Source: a virus
Length of the DNA stretch: 64,000 nucleotides
Direction: 5' to 3' (one strand)
Virus record (IMG/VR): IMGVR_UViG_3300023198_000559
Coordinates: 15,996 to 79,995 of that record
Each line of letters opens with the position of its first letter. Positions within the stretch are counted from its first letter, which is position 1. Position numbers and translations under genes: made by a program. Below are positions 16,593-26,261 of the stretch, piece after piece. The notes below the pieces were generated by a model. It did not search any database and was not told the DNA's origin. It saw nothing but the letters and a program-made list of their open reading frames with translations.

Positions 16593-16654
16593 ATGCAAAG
16601 TTACTACACCTTAAAGGATAAATATACGATTAAGTGAAAATAATTTAACAATAG

Positions 16655-16685
16655 TTTGGTAAGTTAATATAATGTATTAACTTTG
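16655..16685 (+). promoter_or_regulatory. Bacteroidota sigma-70-type promoter for the late arm
   Basis: TTTG (16655-58), 19-nt spacer, TAACTTTG (16678-85): matches the -33 TTTG / -7 TAnnTTTG consensus. Confidence 0.8.
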
Positions 16686-16727
16686 TAGTACAATATATTA
16701 TACTTCAACTAATAACAACAACAAAAG

Positions 16728-17060
16728 ATGGAAATTACAATTAAAACAAAAGTTGGGACTGTAGTATTTGACAATCTCGAACCCGGGATGTCAATGGATA
16801 TCAGCATAAACCCTGGGCATCCTGTTAAGAAGGCTCGAGTTTCTGTGAGTCTTTATGGCTTCAGGTCTATTCAAGATGATCATTTTAGTGGAGGTACCGT
16901 TTCAGGTCACCGTTCTTTAGTAGATGATATGGTAAGAGTAGGCGTAGATATTGAGTATGAAACCTCTAAAGATCATGTTTACCTGTCAGACCAGGAGGTG
17001 CCTATTAAGACTAAGAAGACTAAGTTCATAGACCTATCAACTTACAAAGTAAGCAAATGA
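16728..17060 (+). CDS. Hypothetical protein (first gene of the rightward arm)
   Basis: 110 aa with an A-rich initiation region. Confidence 0.65.
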   Translation: MEITIKTKVGTVVFDNLEPGMSMDISINPGHPVKKARVSVSLYGFRSIQDDHFSGGTVSGHRSLVDDMVRVGVDIEYETSKDHVYLSDQEVPIKTKKTKFIDLSTYKVSK

Positions 17061-17281
17061 TCCAGAGCTTCAACATTGACGGGAAACAGCATTACTCTGT
17101 AGAGTCCGTTGCCAAAATGATTCAAGAATACATATATCGCCTTAAGGGGGTGGTAGTTACTATTAGGTTAAAGAGAGAACCTAAGGGATACAGTGTTTTT
17201 CCTGGAGATGTTGAGCTCTTTAACTTAGCAGCTACCTACGCTATAGCAGCGTGGGAAGGAGGCTACAAACGGAAGAGATAA
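17057..17281 (+). CDS. Hypothetical protein
   Basis: ATGA overlap with the upstream gene. Confidence 0.6.
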   Translation: MIQSFNIDGKQHYSVESVAKMIQEYIYRLKGVVVTIRLKREPKGYSVFPGDVELFNLAATYAIAAWEGGYKRKR

Positions 17282-17682
17282 TGGTATTTAGACAACAAAG
17301 AAACTTTCAATTCGAAATTCAGAATGTACCTATCTATGATAATAGTGTAACACTGTATACTAATCATATTGTAGAGTCTTTACCAGAACCGCATATAGGT
17401 ACTGGAGACTTCAAGTTCTACTACACCTTTACAGCTGACGTTAATGGAGAGTTAAATATTCCTTTTGGTTCTAGAGATGAAGGGCATCTGTTTCTATTAG
17501 ATGTTAGAGCTAGGGACTATGATCCGTATAAGTATGAGCATACTTTCATAAATATGAATATGAGAACATTCCTGGATATGAAGTTATCTACTAGTACTGA
17601 TAAGGATCTTGAGCAGTTAGAGCATGTAGAGGATACCGGGATGACCTGGGTAGAAGAAATAGAAAAAGAATTAGTATTATGA
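17281..17682 (+). CDS. Hypothetical protein
   Basis: Start reassigned to MVFRQ (TAATG overlap). Confidence 0.55.
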   Translation: MVFRQQRNFQFEIQNVPIYDNSVTLYTNHIVESLPEPHIGTGDFKFYYTFTADVNGELNIPFGSRDEGHLFLLDVRARDYDPYKYEHTFINMNMRTFLDMKLSTSTDKDLEQLEHVEDTGMTWVEEIEKELVL

Positions 17683-17939
17683 GTAAGTTAATCAATTGGG
17701 ACAAAACGTTCCCTGAGTTAGATAAGATGTCAGTGATGAAAGTATTCATAGCTATAGTAGCTTCCTGTACTGATGAGTATCTTTGGTATTCTAATAAAGA
17801 AACTATTGCTTCTATAGCCTGGAGGTGGCAGATAGCTGTATCCACAGTTAAAGCAGCCCTTGCCATACTTGAAGAGAAATTATTTTTAACCCGAAAGTCA
17901 AGAGGGGTTTACACAGTTAATAAAGAATACTTAGTATGA
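17679..17939 (+). CDS. RepL-like winged-helix DNA-binding protein
   Basis: HTH followed by wing: STVKAALAILEEKLFLTRKSRGVYTVN. RepL-like genes are typical upstream of crAss-like TerL. Confidence 0.6.
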   Translation: MSKLINWDKTFPELDKMSVMKVFIAIVASCTDEYLWYSNKETIASIAWRWQIAVSTVKAALAILEEKLFLTRKSRGVYTVNKEYLV

Positions 17940-18655
17940 TTAAGTTTACAGTAGACGACCATAAGTATACTAATAAGGAAGGTAGCATCTATACCTCTGT
18001 TACTACCGTTATTAAAGAGTATAAGTCTTTCGATAAGGTTGCAGTGGCAAAGAAGTATGCAGTTAAGCATCCTGAGAAGTCAGCCGCAGGTTGGATTAAG
18101 GAGTGGGAGAGAATTGGACAGGAGGCTGCAGAGTATGGAACTAAGGTTCATAAGGAGGAAGAGGATAAGCTGAGAGCTAACCCTATGTTTCAAGAGGGTA
18201 GTTATCAGGTAGACGTTAATACTATTAGGTCATTGGACAGTATAAGTAAGCTACCGAACGGAGAGTACCCCGAGTTACTCATATGGAGTAACAAGTATAT
18301 GATAGCAGGCCAGGTAGATAAAGTGACTATAACCGATGGAACCGTTGACATCACTGATTATAAAACGTATAAGAAAGGTGTTGATCTTAAATCATTCTAC
18401 AACCCACGCAAAGGTGGCTGGCAGATGATGAAGAGTCCATTGCACAGTCTACAGGATTGTAACTACAACCACGCAGGAATACAACTAGGTCTTTATGCTT
18501 TAATGCTGGAAGAACTAGGTTATACTATAGGAACCTTAACTATGGTTCACATAGATAGAGAAGGTGTCAAAGTACCATATAATGTACCTTACACTAAGTT
18601 TAAAATGTTTGTTAATTTTATGTTACTTAACTTTATGAAAGATGGAAAAGTATAG
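17936..18655 (+). CDS. PD-(D/E)XK nuclease (exonuclease/Cas4-like family)
   Basis: SVTT, GTKVH, E...AGQVD...ITDYKT, QLGLY motifs. Confidence 0.85.
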   Translation: MIKFTVDDHKYTNKEGSIYTSVTTVIKEYKSFDKVAVAKKYAVKHPEKSAAGWIKEWERIGQEAAEYGTKVHKEEEDKLRANPMFQEGSYQVDVNTIRSLDSISKLPNGEYPELLIWSNKYMIAGQVDKVTITDGTVDITDYKTYKKGVDLKSFYNPRKGGWQMMKSPLHSLQDCNYNHAGIQLGLYALMLEELGYTIGTLTMVHIDREGVKVPYNVPYTKFKMFVNFMLLNFMKDGKV

Positions 18656-18866
18656 ATTTGTTTACATTACCGGTACAGCCCTTAAGTTTAAAATGGGGAA
18701 AGAGAATACTGGTACAAGAGAGATACACGCAGTGAACGTGATATTCGATCCTAACGCTAATTACGAATACGATGAGCGTCTAGATTGTCAAATAGAGTCT
18801 CAAGAAGAGATGGACAATATTAAAAGTTTTGTTGCACATACTGGACAATTTACAAGATGGGAGTAA
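18642..18866 (+). CDS. Hypothetical protein
   Basis: 74-aa ORF in the operon. Confidence 0.55.
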   Translation: MEKYRFVYITGTALKFKMGKENTGTREIHAVNVIFDPNANYEYDERLDCQIESQEEMDNIKSFVAHTGQFTRWE

Positions 18867-19141
18867 GTATTAGAATATGTTCTGAGAACAAAGTCGAAAT
18901 GAGAGCCTTGAAAGCGAAGGCTAAACGAATATTAAAGTTTCATGAGCAGTTTCCTGACATGAGTGCTGAAAGAAGAATGCTCTTTACCGTTCGTTTGAAC
19001 GAAATGATGGAGAGAGTTGAAATGCTCAAAAGAGATAAAAACGCCAATGTGCGTACTAAAACATTTGAAAAGGATAGGGATGCTGATTATCAGTTCACCT
19101 ATGTACTAAAAAAGAAAAACGTTAAAAATAGAAAATTATGA
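18857..19141 (+). CDS. Hypothetical basic protein
   Basis: 94-aa ORF in the operon. Confidence 0.55.
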   Translation: MGVSIRICSENKVEMRALKAKAKRILKFHEQFPDMSAERRMLFTVRLNEMMERVEMLKRDKNANVRTKTFEKDRDADYQFTYVLKKKNVKNRKL

Positions 19142-19488
19142 TAACAAAAGAAGAGTTAGATCAAACCATTGAGAGTTTATCTAAAGTTGAAACTATGGAA
19201 TACTTCATTCTTGTATTAGCTCCTATACCTTCTGAGACAACAGAATCTGGTATTATTAAAGGGGATGCTGTTATGGAAGATGAAAAAGATAAATTAGAAT
19301 CTTTCATGTATGTAGTTAAAGTAGGTTTAAAAGATGGTCCTATACAACCTCGTGATAAAGTATTCACACAAGGAGAAGTGTTAACCTTTACGGATAAAAG
19401 TAATGTAGAGGAACTTGATATTGCTCCGGAAGGGTATGGTATTGGGTTAATTGCAGTACCTTCTGTAAAATTATATATCAAAGCGTAA
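19138..19488 (+). CDS. GroES/Cpn10-like co-chaperonin
   Basis: ILV...ETTESGII mobile-loop motif, VVKVG, IQPRDKVF. Confidence 0.6.
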   Translation: MITKEELDQTIESLSKVETMEYFILVLAPIPSETTESGIIKGDAVMEDEKDKLESFMYVVKVGLKDGPIQPRDKVFTQGEVLTFTDKSNVEELDIAPEGYGIGLIAVPSVKLYIKA

Positions 19489-19685
19489 TGGAAGATTTAA
19501 TATTCACATGTATCGAAATAAAGCAAGGAATGGCTGGTACTAAAGTTATTTTTTCTTTAGAGAGATTTGAAAATAAAAAGAACCCAGCCTTTGCAGGAGG
19601 ATTACCTTTTGGACAATTAGAAATTGCTTATGTACCTAGTATGAAGTACGAGATAGGAAAAAAATATAAAGTAAACATAAAATAA
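19488..19685 (+). CDS. Hypothetical protein
   Basis: 65 aa with TAATG overlaps. Confidence 0.55.
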   Translation: MEDLIFTCIEIKQGMAGTKVIFSLERFENKKNPAFAGGLPFGQLEIAYVPSMKYEIGKKYKVNIK

Positions 19686-20038
19686 TGGAAATAGTAAAAG
19701 TAAATACAGCCAAGCTAGGACTTAGTAGGGCCTACCTAATCCTCTTTAATGGAAGCTTGAAGCTCACAGAAAGAGAACTGGATTTACTTTCTTTGCTACT
19801 TGATAGGTACACACAGTTTAAAAAGGAGGGGTTAATCGAACCTTTCCTTTCTAAATTTGTATTTTCAACAGAGACTAAAAAGGATGTTCAGAAAAGTATG
19901 GACATTAATGCACAATACTTTCAGAATATCATTTCTGGTTTAGTGAAGAAAGGATGTCTTAAATCTCTAGGTAGTGGTTTGTACTTAATCAATGCCAGTT
20001 TAATACCTAGAAAACAAATAGGTTTCAGCTTTGGATAA
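19685..20038 (+). CDS. Winged-helix DNA-binding protein
   Basis: LTERELDLL...ISGLVKKGCLKSLGSGLYLIN. Confidence 0.6.
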   Translation: MEIVKVNTAKLGLSRAYLILFNGSLKLTERELDLLSLLLDRYTQFKKEGLIEPFLSKFVFSTETKKDVQKSMDINAQYFQNIISGLVKKGCLKSLGSGLYLINASLIPRKQIGFSFG

Positions 20039-20279
20039 TCTAGAAAAAATATACCAGGAGGTCGCAACAGAAATGGGGCTTAGTAAGAAGGACGTACGTT
20101 CTATCGCTGAGTCCCAATTTGTGTTTGTGGCTGACACGATGCGAGAAAAGGAATTAAAAGATGTACGTCTGCAATTCTTTGGTTTATTTAAAGTTAAACC
20201 CGGGAGATTACAGCACCTCTCTAAGAACAGTAAAGAAATAATTAAAAGTAAAACAAATGAGTTTGATAAAATCCTTTGA
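20031..20279 (+). CDS. HU/IHF-like DNA-binding protein
   Basis: VATEMGLSKKDV...VRLQFFGLFKVK HU signature. Confidence 0.75.
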   Translation: MDNLEKIYQEVATEMGLSKKDVRSIAESQFVFVADTMREKELKDVRLQFFGLFKVKPGRLQHLSKNSKEIIKSKTNEFDKIL

Positions 20280-20847
20280 TACAGATGAGAACTTTTGGGT
20301 AGCTAATCCACAGTTCAAGAACATTCAGCCTTTCAAGGGGCTACATAATTCTGATAAGTCACGAAACAAGGCTACTTCATCTAAGACAATGTGGTATGTG
20401 GCCCAGGTAGTTGATACCAGTAAAGACAACATATTTCGTAACGTTCCGTATGATGAAAGGATATCTTTGTTGTCTATAGATTTCATGAATGACGCTGATT
20501 TCTATGATAAGAATGAGGACTTACTAGAGAAACTAATTAAAACATATCACCTATTACATACTACACCTGCATTAAAAGCAATGGAAGAATGGGATGAAAA
20601 AATGGTTCAAAGAGCTAAATTCATTAAGACTACTGCTTATACAATGGATAAATATGAAATGGATCCTGCTAAAGGAACCATGGTGAAGATACCCGGGAAT
20701 GCCAAAGTCTTGGATGATATGATGAAAAATACCGCAGCAATCTATAATATGTATCACCAGATTATGAAGTCTCTTGCAGAAGAGGATGAAGATCAACAAG
20801 TTAAAGGTGGACAAACACTAAGCTTATCTGACCAAGGAGATATTTAA
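20257..20847 (+). CDS. Conserved pre-terminase protein (possible terminase small subunit)
   Basis: Helical 196-aa protein directly upstream of TerL. Inferred from position. Confidence 0.45.
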   Translation: MSLIKSFDTDENFWVANPQFKNIQPFKGLHNSDKSRNKATSSKTMWYVAQVVDTSKDNIFRNVPYDERISLLSIDFMNDADFYDKNEDLLEKLIKTYHLLHTTPALKAMEEWDEKMVQRAKFIKTTAYTMDKYEMDPAKGTMVKIPGNAKVLDDMMKNTAAIYNMYHQIMKSLAEEDEDQQVKGGQTLSLSDQGDI

Positions 20848-23069
20848 TGGTAGGCTACGGAACTTATAAGAAAACAATAATACCATCTATGAACCCTTAT
20901 TCAAGGGAGTATAAAGAATTCTGGAAAGGTGAGAAGAAGAAATGTGTTGATGGAGTTTGGATGGAAGGTAAATACATGCCTGGTATCTTATACTTTTTCG
21001 TAAATTTTTGGACTATAGAATTAAATAAGAATCCTACATCTAAGGTGAAGACCTTAGGACAACCTTTCTTGAGAGATTTGGAGTGGGAACGTGCTTACTA
21101 TACAATTGAAGCTAGGGGATTCTCTGGCTTTATGGATGATCCTGATGTGACTTGTCATAGAGGAGCAACCGCAGACTACAGCGAAGATGAATGGAATGTC
21201 TTACCAAAATCTTGTTATAAGGAGGATGGTAAGACACTCAAGCGTTTCGTAGAACCTCGAGAATATTTATTTACAATACATACTAAGAATCTAGGAGATC
21301 CATTATTCGAAAACGAGGCCATGAATGTTATTGACATTGAGGCTCGTGGTGGTGGTAAATCTTTCTGGATGAGTGTAACTGTAGCTCATAATTTCCTTAT
21401 GGATGGAGCTACTAATTATGATGAGTATTTAGAGGGCAAAGAAAAGGAAGAACCCTTCACTTCTGAGACCTTAGTAGGTGCGATTGATAGTTTCTATTCA
21501 AATACTTTATTGCACAAGGTACGCCTCGGCTTAAACAACCTGAGAGGCAGTATGACGTATGCGAGAAAGAATCATCCGTCACCTTTATCTAAGGCTTTCT
21601 CTGGGTCCTGGACTTCAGGTAAATTTGTTGAGGCTATGGTTGATGTAAAGACCGGTGGTAACTGGGAGAGGAAAGGATCTGGATCTAAGATACAACACAG
21701 ATCATTCAAAGATAATCCTTACGCTGGTAATGGTACTCGCCCGGGATGGTCATGTTTTGAGGAGATTGGTTTCTTTGATAACCTTATTGAGGCGCTAGGT
21801 CAGATGAAGGAAGCGACAGCTGATGGAGCAGTTAAGTTTGGGTCCATTTGGATGTCAGGTACAGGTGGTGACATGGTTGGTGGAGCTACAGAAGCTGCAA
21901 AAGAAGTGTTCTATAATCCTGAAAAATACGATTGTATTGCCTTCGATGACGAATATGAGAACAATCCTTTTAAGATTGGAATGTTTATGCCGGCCTGGAA
22001 AACACTTAACCAATTTAAGGATGATAAAGGTTATACAGTAAGGGAACCTGCTGTGAAATTCCTAGAGAAGGCCAGGGATAAGGCCGCTCAGGGTAAGGAT
22101 AAACAATCACATAATGACGAACTTCAACAGCGTCCTATTGTACCTAGTGAAGCATTCTTGCTAACAACTGGAAACATCTTCCCTATTGGAGATCTAATCG
22201 ATCATTTAGCTTGGTTAGAAACTTGTACAGATGGAGATGTTATAGGTCAAGCTGGTAGAATGGTAGTTGTACGAGAAGAGGTGGTCGAAGGTGAAGAACC
22301 TAAAGAAGAGAAGTTCGAGTTTAAGCCTTACTTAAAGAAAACTGATCCTGTTCCTTGCGACTATCCTGTTAAGAAAGGTACTGTATCTACTGGAGCTATC
22401 CAGATCTGGGAGCATCCAGACCCTAATGCAGCCTATGGTTGGTACATTGCTGGTAATGACCCTTACGATTTAGATGAAGCTCCCAACAGTTCTTCACTAG
22501 GTTCTCTTATTTTAATGAAGAGAGCTACTGTAGGTTCTGGTAATCACGACAAAATAGTTGCTGAATATACAGCTAGACCTGATTCTGCTAAGGAATATTA
22601 TGAGCAAGCCAGGAGACTTCTTATATACTATGGAGCTCTTTGTTTGTATGAAAATGAAAAAATTGGGATCAAGACTTACTTTGAACAAAAACATTCACTA
22701 TATTTGCTAGCTTATACACCTACTGTTCTTAAGTCTAACCAGTCTTCTAAAGTTAGTAGGGTATATGGGCAGAACATGCATAAGACTATTTCAAAAGATG
22801 GTAAGAGCAAGGGCCCTAAAGCTGAACTTGAAGTTTACTTACGAGATTGGTTACAGGAAAGTGTTGGAGACGGGAAGATGCAACTACATTATATCTACTC
22901 TAAACCAATTGTTAAGGAGCTTATCTCTTATAATGATGTAGGTAACTACGATAGAATTATAGCTTTAATGCTAGCAGTAGCACAAAGAGAACAAATGTAC
23001 AATGTAGCAATTGAAAAGAAAGTAGAAATAGAAAGAGACCCTTACTTTGATAGAGGATTTTTCCAATAA
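20847..23069 (+). CDS. terL: Terminase large subunit
   Basis: ARGGGKS Walker A, FEEIG Walker B, GTGGD motif III, GNDPY nuclease, YENE, NYDRIIA. Confidence 0.95.
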   Translation: MVGYGTYKKTIIPSMNPYSREYKEFWKGEKKKCVDGVWMEGKYMPGILYFFVNFWTIELNKNPTSKVKTLGQPFLRDLEWERAYYTIEARGFSGFMDDPDVTCHRGATADYSEDEWNVLPKSCYKEDGKTLKRFVEPREYLFTIHTKNLGDPLFENEAMNVIDIEARGGGKSFWMSVTVAHNFLMDGATNYDEYLEGKEKEEPFTSETLVGAIDSFYSNTLLHKVRLGLNNLRGSMTYARKNHPSPLSKAFSGSWTSGKFVEAMVDVKTGGNWERKGSGSKIQHRSFKDNPYAGNGTRPGWSCFEEIGFFDNLIEALGQMKEATADGAVKFGSIWMSGTGGDMVGGATEAAKEVFYNPEKYDCIAFDDEYENNPFKIGMFMPAWKTLNQFKDDKGYTVREPAVKFLEKARDKAAQGKDKQSHNDELQQRPIVPSEAFLLTTGNIFPIGDLIDHLAWLETCTDGDVIGQAGRMVVVREEVVEGEEPKEEKFEFKPYLKKTDPVPCDYPVKKGTVSTGAIQIWEHPDPNAAYGWYIAGNDPYDLDEAPNSSSLGSLILMKRATVGSGNHDKIVAEYTARPDSAKEYYEQARRLLIYYGALCLYENEKIGIKTYFEQKHSLYLLAYTPTVLKSNQSSKVSRVYGQNMHKTISKDGKSKGPKAELEVYLRDWLQESVGDGKMQLHYIYSKPIVKELISYNDVGNYDRIIALMLAVAQREQMYNVAIEKKVEIERDPYFDRGFFQ

Positions 23070-23082
23070 CAAATATAACTAA

Positions 23083-25554
23083 ATGGCATACTCCGTAACA
23101 GACAACCCTTACAGTCACAGTCTTCCACCACAGAAACTCGCAACCGCACGCAAAGGAGAGAAGTGGAAAAAAGATTCTGTAGACGCTATAGTTAACTTAT
23201 CTTCACAGACCACTAATAACAACAGGTCTAGTAAGTTTAACAAGCAAACTAACTACAACCTTTACAACTCTATCTTCAATGAGAGTGACTTCAATTACAT
23301 ACTAAACCCTATGGGTCTTAAAGGTAACTTTGCTAAAGTTGCTACTAAAATGAAGGCCTATAATATCATTAGACCTAAAATAGAATTACTTAAAGGAGAG
23401 GAAATGCAAAGACCATTTTCTTTTCGCGTTAGGGCTACTAGTGGTGAGGTAGTATCACAAAAGCAAGACGAGAAGCGTAAAGCTATCCTGGAACATTTAC
23501 AAGCTAGGTTAATTCAGAATCAAGGACAAGAAGGTGAAGAAGCACAGCCTTTGGATAGTATCCAGAAATACTTTAAATCACAATACATTCATCCTAGAGA
23601 AGTAACTGCTAATCAGATTCTACAATATGGAATCGAGGCAGAAGAACTTAAGCGTAAATTTAATGCGGGATGGGAACATGCTTTAATCTCTTCAGAAGAA
23701 GTCTATTATGTTGGTACTCATAATAATGAACCAAAAGTACGAGTAGTAAATCCTTTAAACTTTGATTATGATAAATCACTCGAGCTTCGTAGTATAGAAG
23801 ATGCCCAGTGGGCCAAAGAAGAACGTTGGTTATCGATAGGAGAAGTTATTGACCTTTATGGTGAAGGATTAACTGATACAGAAATTGATCGCCTGGATAA
23901 AGGTGAAGTGGGGTATCCCATGAATAAGATGACATATTACCCTGGTTTCGCTTATCAAATGAGTGAAATGGAGGGTAATCCAATTAATGCGAATACAGGT
24001 ATAGGTAATCAACAAAGTACTTCTGGTTCGCATGTGTACGTGGTAAACGTAGTTTGGAAGAGCCTGAGAAAGATAGGCTTCCTGACTTACGTTGATCCGC
24101 GTACCGGGAAAGAAAATGAAACTATAGTATCAGAAGATTTTGAGATGACTCAAGATATTAAGGATGCTGGAGGTACTCTGCGTTGGCGCTGGATTAATGA
24201 GGTTTGGGAAGGTACTAGAATTGGTGATGATATGTATGTAAACGTAAGACCTTTACACAACCAGTTCAAAGACATGAATAACCCTGGTGAGTGCAAACTC
24301 CCTTATATTGGGTATGTATTCAACTCAGTTAACTCTATGGCTACTTCTCTAGTAGACTTAGTTAAGCCTCATCAATACACTTATATGGTAATCTGGTGGA
24401 GGTTAGAGCAAGAACTTGCTAAGGCTAAAGGTAGAAAACTTGTAATGGACTATGCTAAGATGCCTAAATCTATGGGTCTTACCATGGACGAATGGATCTA
24501 CCATTTTGATAATACAGGTATTATATGGGTGAATTCTATGGAAGAGGGTAAGAAAGGTGACCCTAATAGTATCTCACAATTGAACCAAATGGCCGGTGTT
24601 GATTTATCCCTATCTAAAGTAGTAGGACAATACCTTGAGGTATTAAGAGAATTAGAAGATCAAGTAGATAGAATTACTGGTATCTCTCGTCAACGCGAGG
24701 CTGATATTAAAGCTTCTGAAACTGTGGGTGGAGTAGAAAGAGCTGTTCAGCAGTCTACTAGCATTACAGAACCTTGGTTCTTCTACCATAACCAGGTTAA
24801 ACAAAAAGTACTTAACGCGTACATTCATACATTTAGAGCTTCGGCTTATGGTAATAAGAAACTTCAATACATTGTAAACGACGTCGAGACTGCTATTCTA
24901 GAAGTAGATGGTACTGAATTCGATGATACTAACTACAACGTATTTGTAACTGATAGTATTAAAGACGCTAGAATCAAGCATAAGCTTGAAGGTCTTGTAC
25001 AGGTTGCGTTACAACAAGAGAAGGTTAAATTATCTGATATCATTAAGATTTACAAATCTGAGAGTATCTCTGAGATTGAAGGTGAGATTGTTTCTTCAGA
25101 ACAAGAGTTTGAGCAGAATCAACAGGCTTCTATTGAACAAGCACAAGAAGCTGAGGCTAACGCTAAAGCAGAAGAACAAGCTTGGGAGAGAGAAAAACAT
25201 GATGATGAAATGTTGGATAAGCAACTTGATCGAGAAAATAAGCTTGAAGTAGAGACTGTTAAGGCCATGGGCTTTGCTGAGAATACTGATGTTAATGAAA
25301 ACCAGGTTCCGGATGTGTTAGAGTATAGTAAAATACATCTAGAACAAGGTCGAGATGCTTTTAACCAGGCGCTCGAAAAAGGTAAACTAGGAGCTCAAAT
25401 ATCGAAAGATCAAGCAGATATCAAAATCAAATCTCGAGAATTAGATATTAAAGAGAAAGACATATCATCTAAAGAAAGGATGAACACAGCAAACAATAAA
25501 ACCGCCCTTAAAAACAAAGTAGTTGGTGAGGGTAAATCAAAATCTAAGAAATAA
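23083..25554 (+). CDS. Portal protein (crAss-like)
   Basis: YNIIRPKIELLKGEE, WINEVWEGTRIG, CKLPY, SLVDLVKPHQY; follows TerL. Confidence 0.9.
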   Translation: MAYSVTDNPYSHSLPPQKLATARKGEKWKKDSVDAIVNLSSQTTNNNRSSKFNKQTNYNLYNSIFNESDFNYILNPMGLKGNFAKVATKMKAYNIIRPKIELLKGEEMQRPFSFRVRATSGEVVSQKQDEKRKAILEHLQARLIQNQGQEGEEAQPLDSIQKYFKSQYIHPREVTANQILQYGIEAEELKRKFNAGWEHALISSEEVYYVGTHNNEPKVRVVNPLNFDYDKSLELRSIEDAQWAKEERWLSIGEVIDLYGEGLTDTEIDRLDKGEVGYPMNKMTYYPGFAYQMSEMEGNPINANTGIGNQQSTSGSHVYVVNVVWKSLRKIGFLTYVDPRTGKENETIVSEDFEMTQDIKDAGGTLRWRWINEVWEGTRIGDDMYVNVRPLHNQFKDMNNPGECKLPYIGYVFNSVNSMATSLVDLVKPHQYTYMVIWWRLEQELAKAKGRKLVMDYAKMPKSMGLTMDEWIYHFDNTGIIWVNSMEEGKKGDPNSISQLNQMAGVDLSLSKVVGQYLEVLRELEDQVDRITGISRQREADIKASETVGGVERAVQQSTSITEPWFFYHNQVKQKVLNAYIHTFRASAYGNKKLQYIVNDVETAILEVDGTEFDDTNYNVFVTDSIKDARIKHKLEGLVQVALQQEKVKLSDIIKIYKSESISEIEGEIVSSEQEFEQNQQASIEQAQEAEANAKAEEQAWEREKHDDEMLDKQLDRENKLEVETVKAMGFAENTDVNENQVPDVLEYSKIHLEQGRDAFNQALEKGKLGAQISKDQADIKIKSRELDIKEKDISSKERMNTANNKTALKNKVVGEGKSKSKK

Positions 25555-25871
25555 TGAGTGAAGTAAAATCAGCAACACGTACTAAAAAGGAACGCAAAAT
25601 AGGAAGCGTGAACCTAAGTAGTAATGAATTACCCGAAATTAAAGAATGGGGAATCAAAGGCGAGTATGAAATAACAATGAAGGTGAAGATGACCTCTATC
25701 TCAGAAGTAGATAATTGGGATCTAGAACAATACTCAAACCTCTCAAAGAATGACGTTATGGCACGATTTGATATCGTGAAGGTAGTTAGTCCTAAAAAGG
25801 AAGCTGCTAAAAAACAACGTGCAGAAGAGAATAGAGGTAGATTACATAATCCAGTAACTTATACAAAATAA
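25554..25871 (+). CDS. Hypothetical protein
   Basis: 105 aa with TAATG overlap. Confidence 0.55.
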   Translation: MSEVKSATRTKKERKIGSVNLSSNELPEIKEWGIKGEYEITMKVKMTSISEVDNWDLEQYSNLSKNDVMARFDIVKVVSPKKEAAKKQRAEENRGRLHNPVTYTK

Positions 25872-25872
25872 C

Positions 25873-26160
25873 ATGGCAAACACAGAACCCGGTAAACGAA
25901 AAAGCGGTAAGAAAGCTGCAGTAGCTTTTAATAATCCCTTTAGATTCAAGAGTACATTACCTACAATTAAACCTTTAGCAACTCCAAAAGCACCGGTAGT
26001 AGCTGATGATGGTACGTATACTGTTTTTAATAGTGGAACTAAGAAAACAATTAGATATAATGCTGATGGTACTCCTTTTAGAAAGGCTAGACCAAAGGGA
26101 AGAAGACTTGTACCAGCGGGTGCAGGAGGTAGAGGCTTTAGAGTAAAGCAAGCAAAGTAG
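25873..26160 (+). CDS. Small basic hypothetical protein
   Basis: 95 aa, K/R/P-rich. Confidence 0.5.
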   Translation: MANTEPGKRKSGKKAAVAFNNPFRFKSTLPTIKPLATPKAPVVADDGTYTVFNSGTKKTIRYNADGTPFRKARPKGRRLVPAGAGGRGFRVKQAK

Positions 26161-26196
26161 CTTTAGGGCCAGGAAAACAGAAAGTATTTTAGAAAA

Positions 26197-26241
26197 GTGT
26201 CACAAAAGTTGTGATACTTTATAATAGATATTCTATATTTG
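26197..26241 (+). promoter_or_regulatory. Internal late promoter overlapped by a TGTCACAA-N2-3-TTGTGATA palindrome
   Basis: TTG at 26209 and TATATTTG at 26234-41; imperfect palindrome GTGTCACAAAAGTTGTGATAC. Confidence 0.55.
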
Positions 26242-26261
26242 AACTTTATAACAACAAAACA

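Noticed and set aside
17936-18655. Cas4 / CRISPR adaptation function
   Set aside because: PD-(D/E)XK motifs are present, but the four-Cys Fe-S cluster and any other cas genes are absent.
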